Source: Nostoc sp. (GTDB taxonomy: Bacteria; Cyanobacteriota; Cyanobacteriia; Cyanobacteriales; Nostocaceae). From it: a stretch of DNA of 64,000 nt. The translations under genes were made by a program, and so were the position numbers. The notes under the pieces are model-generated. The model searched no databases. It saw only the letters and a list, made by a program, of their open reading frames with translations, and was not told where the DNA came from. The stretch's first letter is position 1; each line of letters begins with the position of its first letter. The stretch covers positions 32,001-96,000 of the forward strand of contig JBALDB010000003.1 in the NCBI GenBank assembly GCA_036918135.1, read 5' to 3'. This document shows, in pieces, positions 63,414 through 64,000 of this stretch.

Positions 63414-64000
63414 TTAAATATCGTCATCGAAATCTGTTGAATTATCTGGCCCCTCACTTGGCTTTTCAATTGGATTGTATGGTACATATTCAGTCGGGAT
63501 TGCGTCATCATCTTCGCGGGGTCTTCGAGGAGCCGAATCAGTGGGTGGACGACGCCTTCTTGGTCTGGGAGCAACATCATCTTCGCGGCTTTCTGGTCGC
63601 TCAGGCCCGTTATTAGTGCGGCGAGACGGTTTTCTCAATTCTCCACTCGAATTGTCCCAATCATCAACTTCCCTAGATGAAGAACCCCAATTTTCGTCTT
63701 CAAAACTTTCAGAAGGACGACTCACCGGACGCCCAGAACTACGCCGTCGCGTTCTATCTCCCGGACTCTGCCTTTCATTATTGTTGCTGTTACGACGTTC
63801 TGAACGACGGGGGGGTTGATCCTCGTAGTAGTCATCACGAGTTGAAATCTCATCCCTGCTACCGCGAATTCGAGGACGCACGGGGCGTTCTTCCTCGTCT
63901 TCATAAGGCAGTGGCTCTAAGCCTGCATCCATCTCAGCTTGATACTTTTTGCGATTGCGGTCGTAGGAATAATTTCTGCTTACCTCTCGCTCATCATCGA
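63414..64000 (-). CDS. ycf66: Ycf66 family protein, C-terminal low-complexity part (5' end outside window)
   Basis: Frame stays open to the window end (DDEREVSRNYSY...); R/E/D/P-rich tail; sits upstream of the TolB-like pair. Confidence 0.6.
   Translation of the reverse strand, partial: DDEREVSRNYSYDRNRKKYQAEMDAGLEPLPYEDEEERPVRPRIRGSRDEISTRDDYYEDQPPRRSERRNSNNNERQSPGDRTRRRSSGRPVSRPSESFEDENWGSSSREVDDWDNSSGELRKPSRRTNNGPERPESREDDVAPRPRRRRPPTDSAPRRPREDDDAIPTEYVPYNPIEKPSEGPDNSTDFDDDI

Overview
A 64 kb chromosomal segment from a filamentous Nostocales-type cyanobacterium. Evidence for this: frequent HIP1 octamers GCGATCGC, heptamer STRR arrays, and Nostoc-like genes such as rca, crtO, an aphC-like phytochrome, calA/cyAbrB and ycf66. 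Most genes are housekeeping or stress related: miaE, ppk2, pcxA, an iron-uptake TonB receptor with AraC, rca, crtO, an SDR plus GH63, uvrA, tenA, sdhB and two TolB-like genes. Accessory-looking parts are a chromosomal CyRepA1 primase-helicase next to NADAR, a lone DUF262+HNH nuclease gene, an orphan double-glycine peptide, a tyrosine-recombinase remnant, and a two-component system facing three secreted-protein genes, two of which share a duplicated promoter and signal peptide. There are three clear pseudogenes (Ser/Thr kinase, internally deleted TonB receptor, large helical-repeat membrane protein) and many small inverted-repeat elements, some nested and some in coding regions. I found no rRNA, tRNA, CRISPR array or intact transposase. 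All family calls come from reading motifs by eye; no database search was run.
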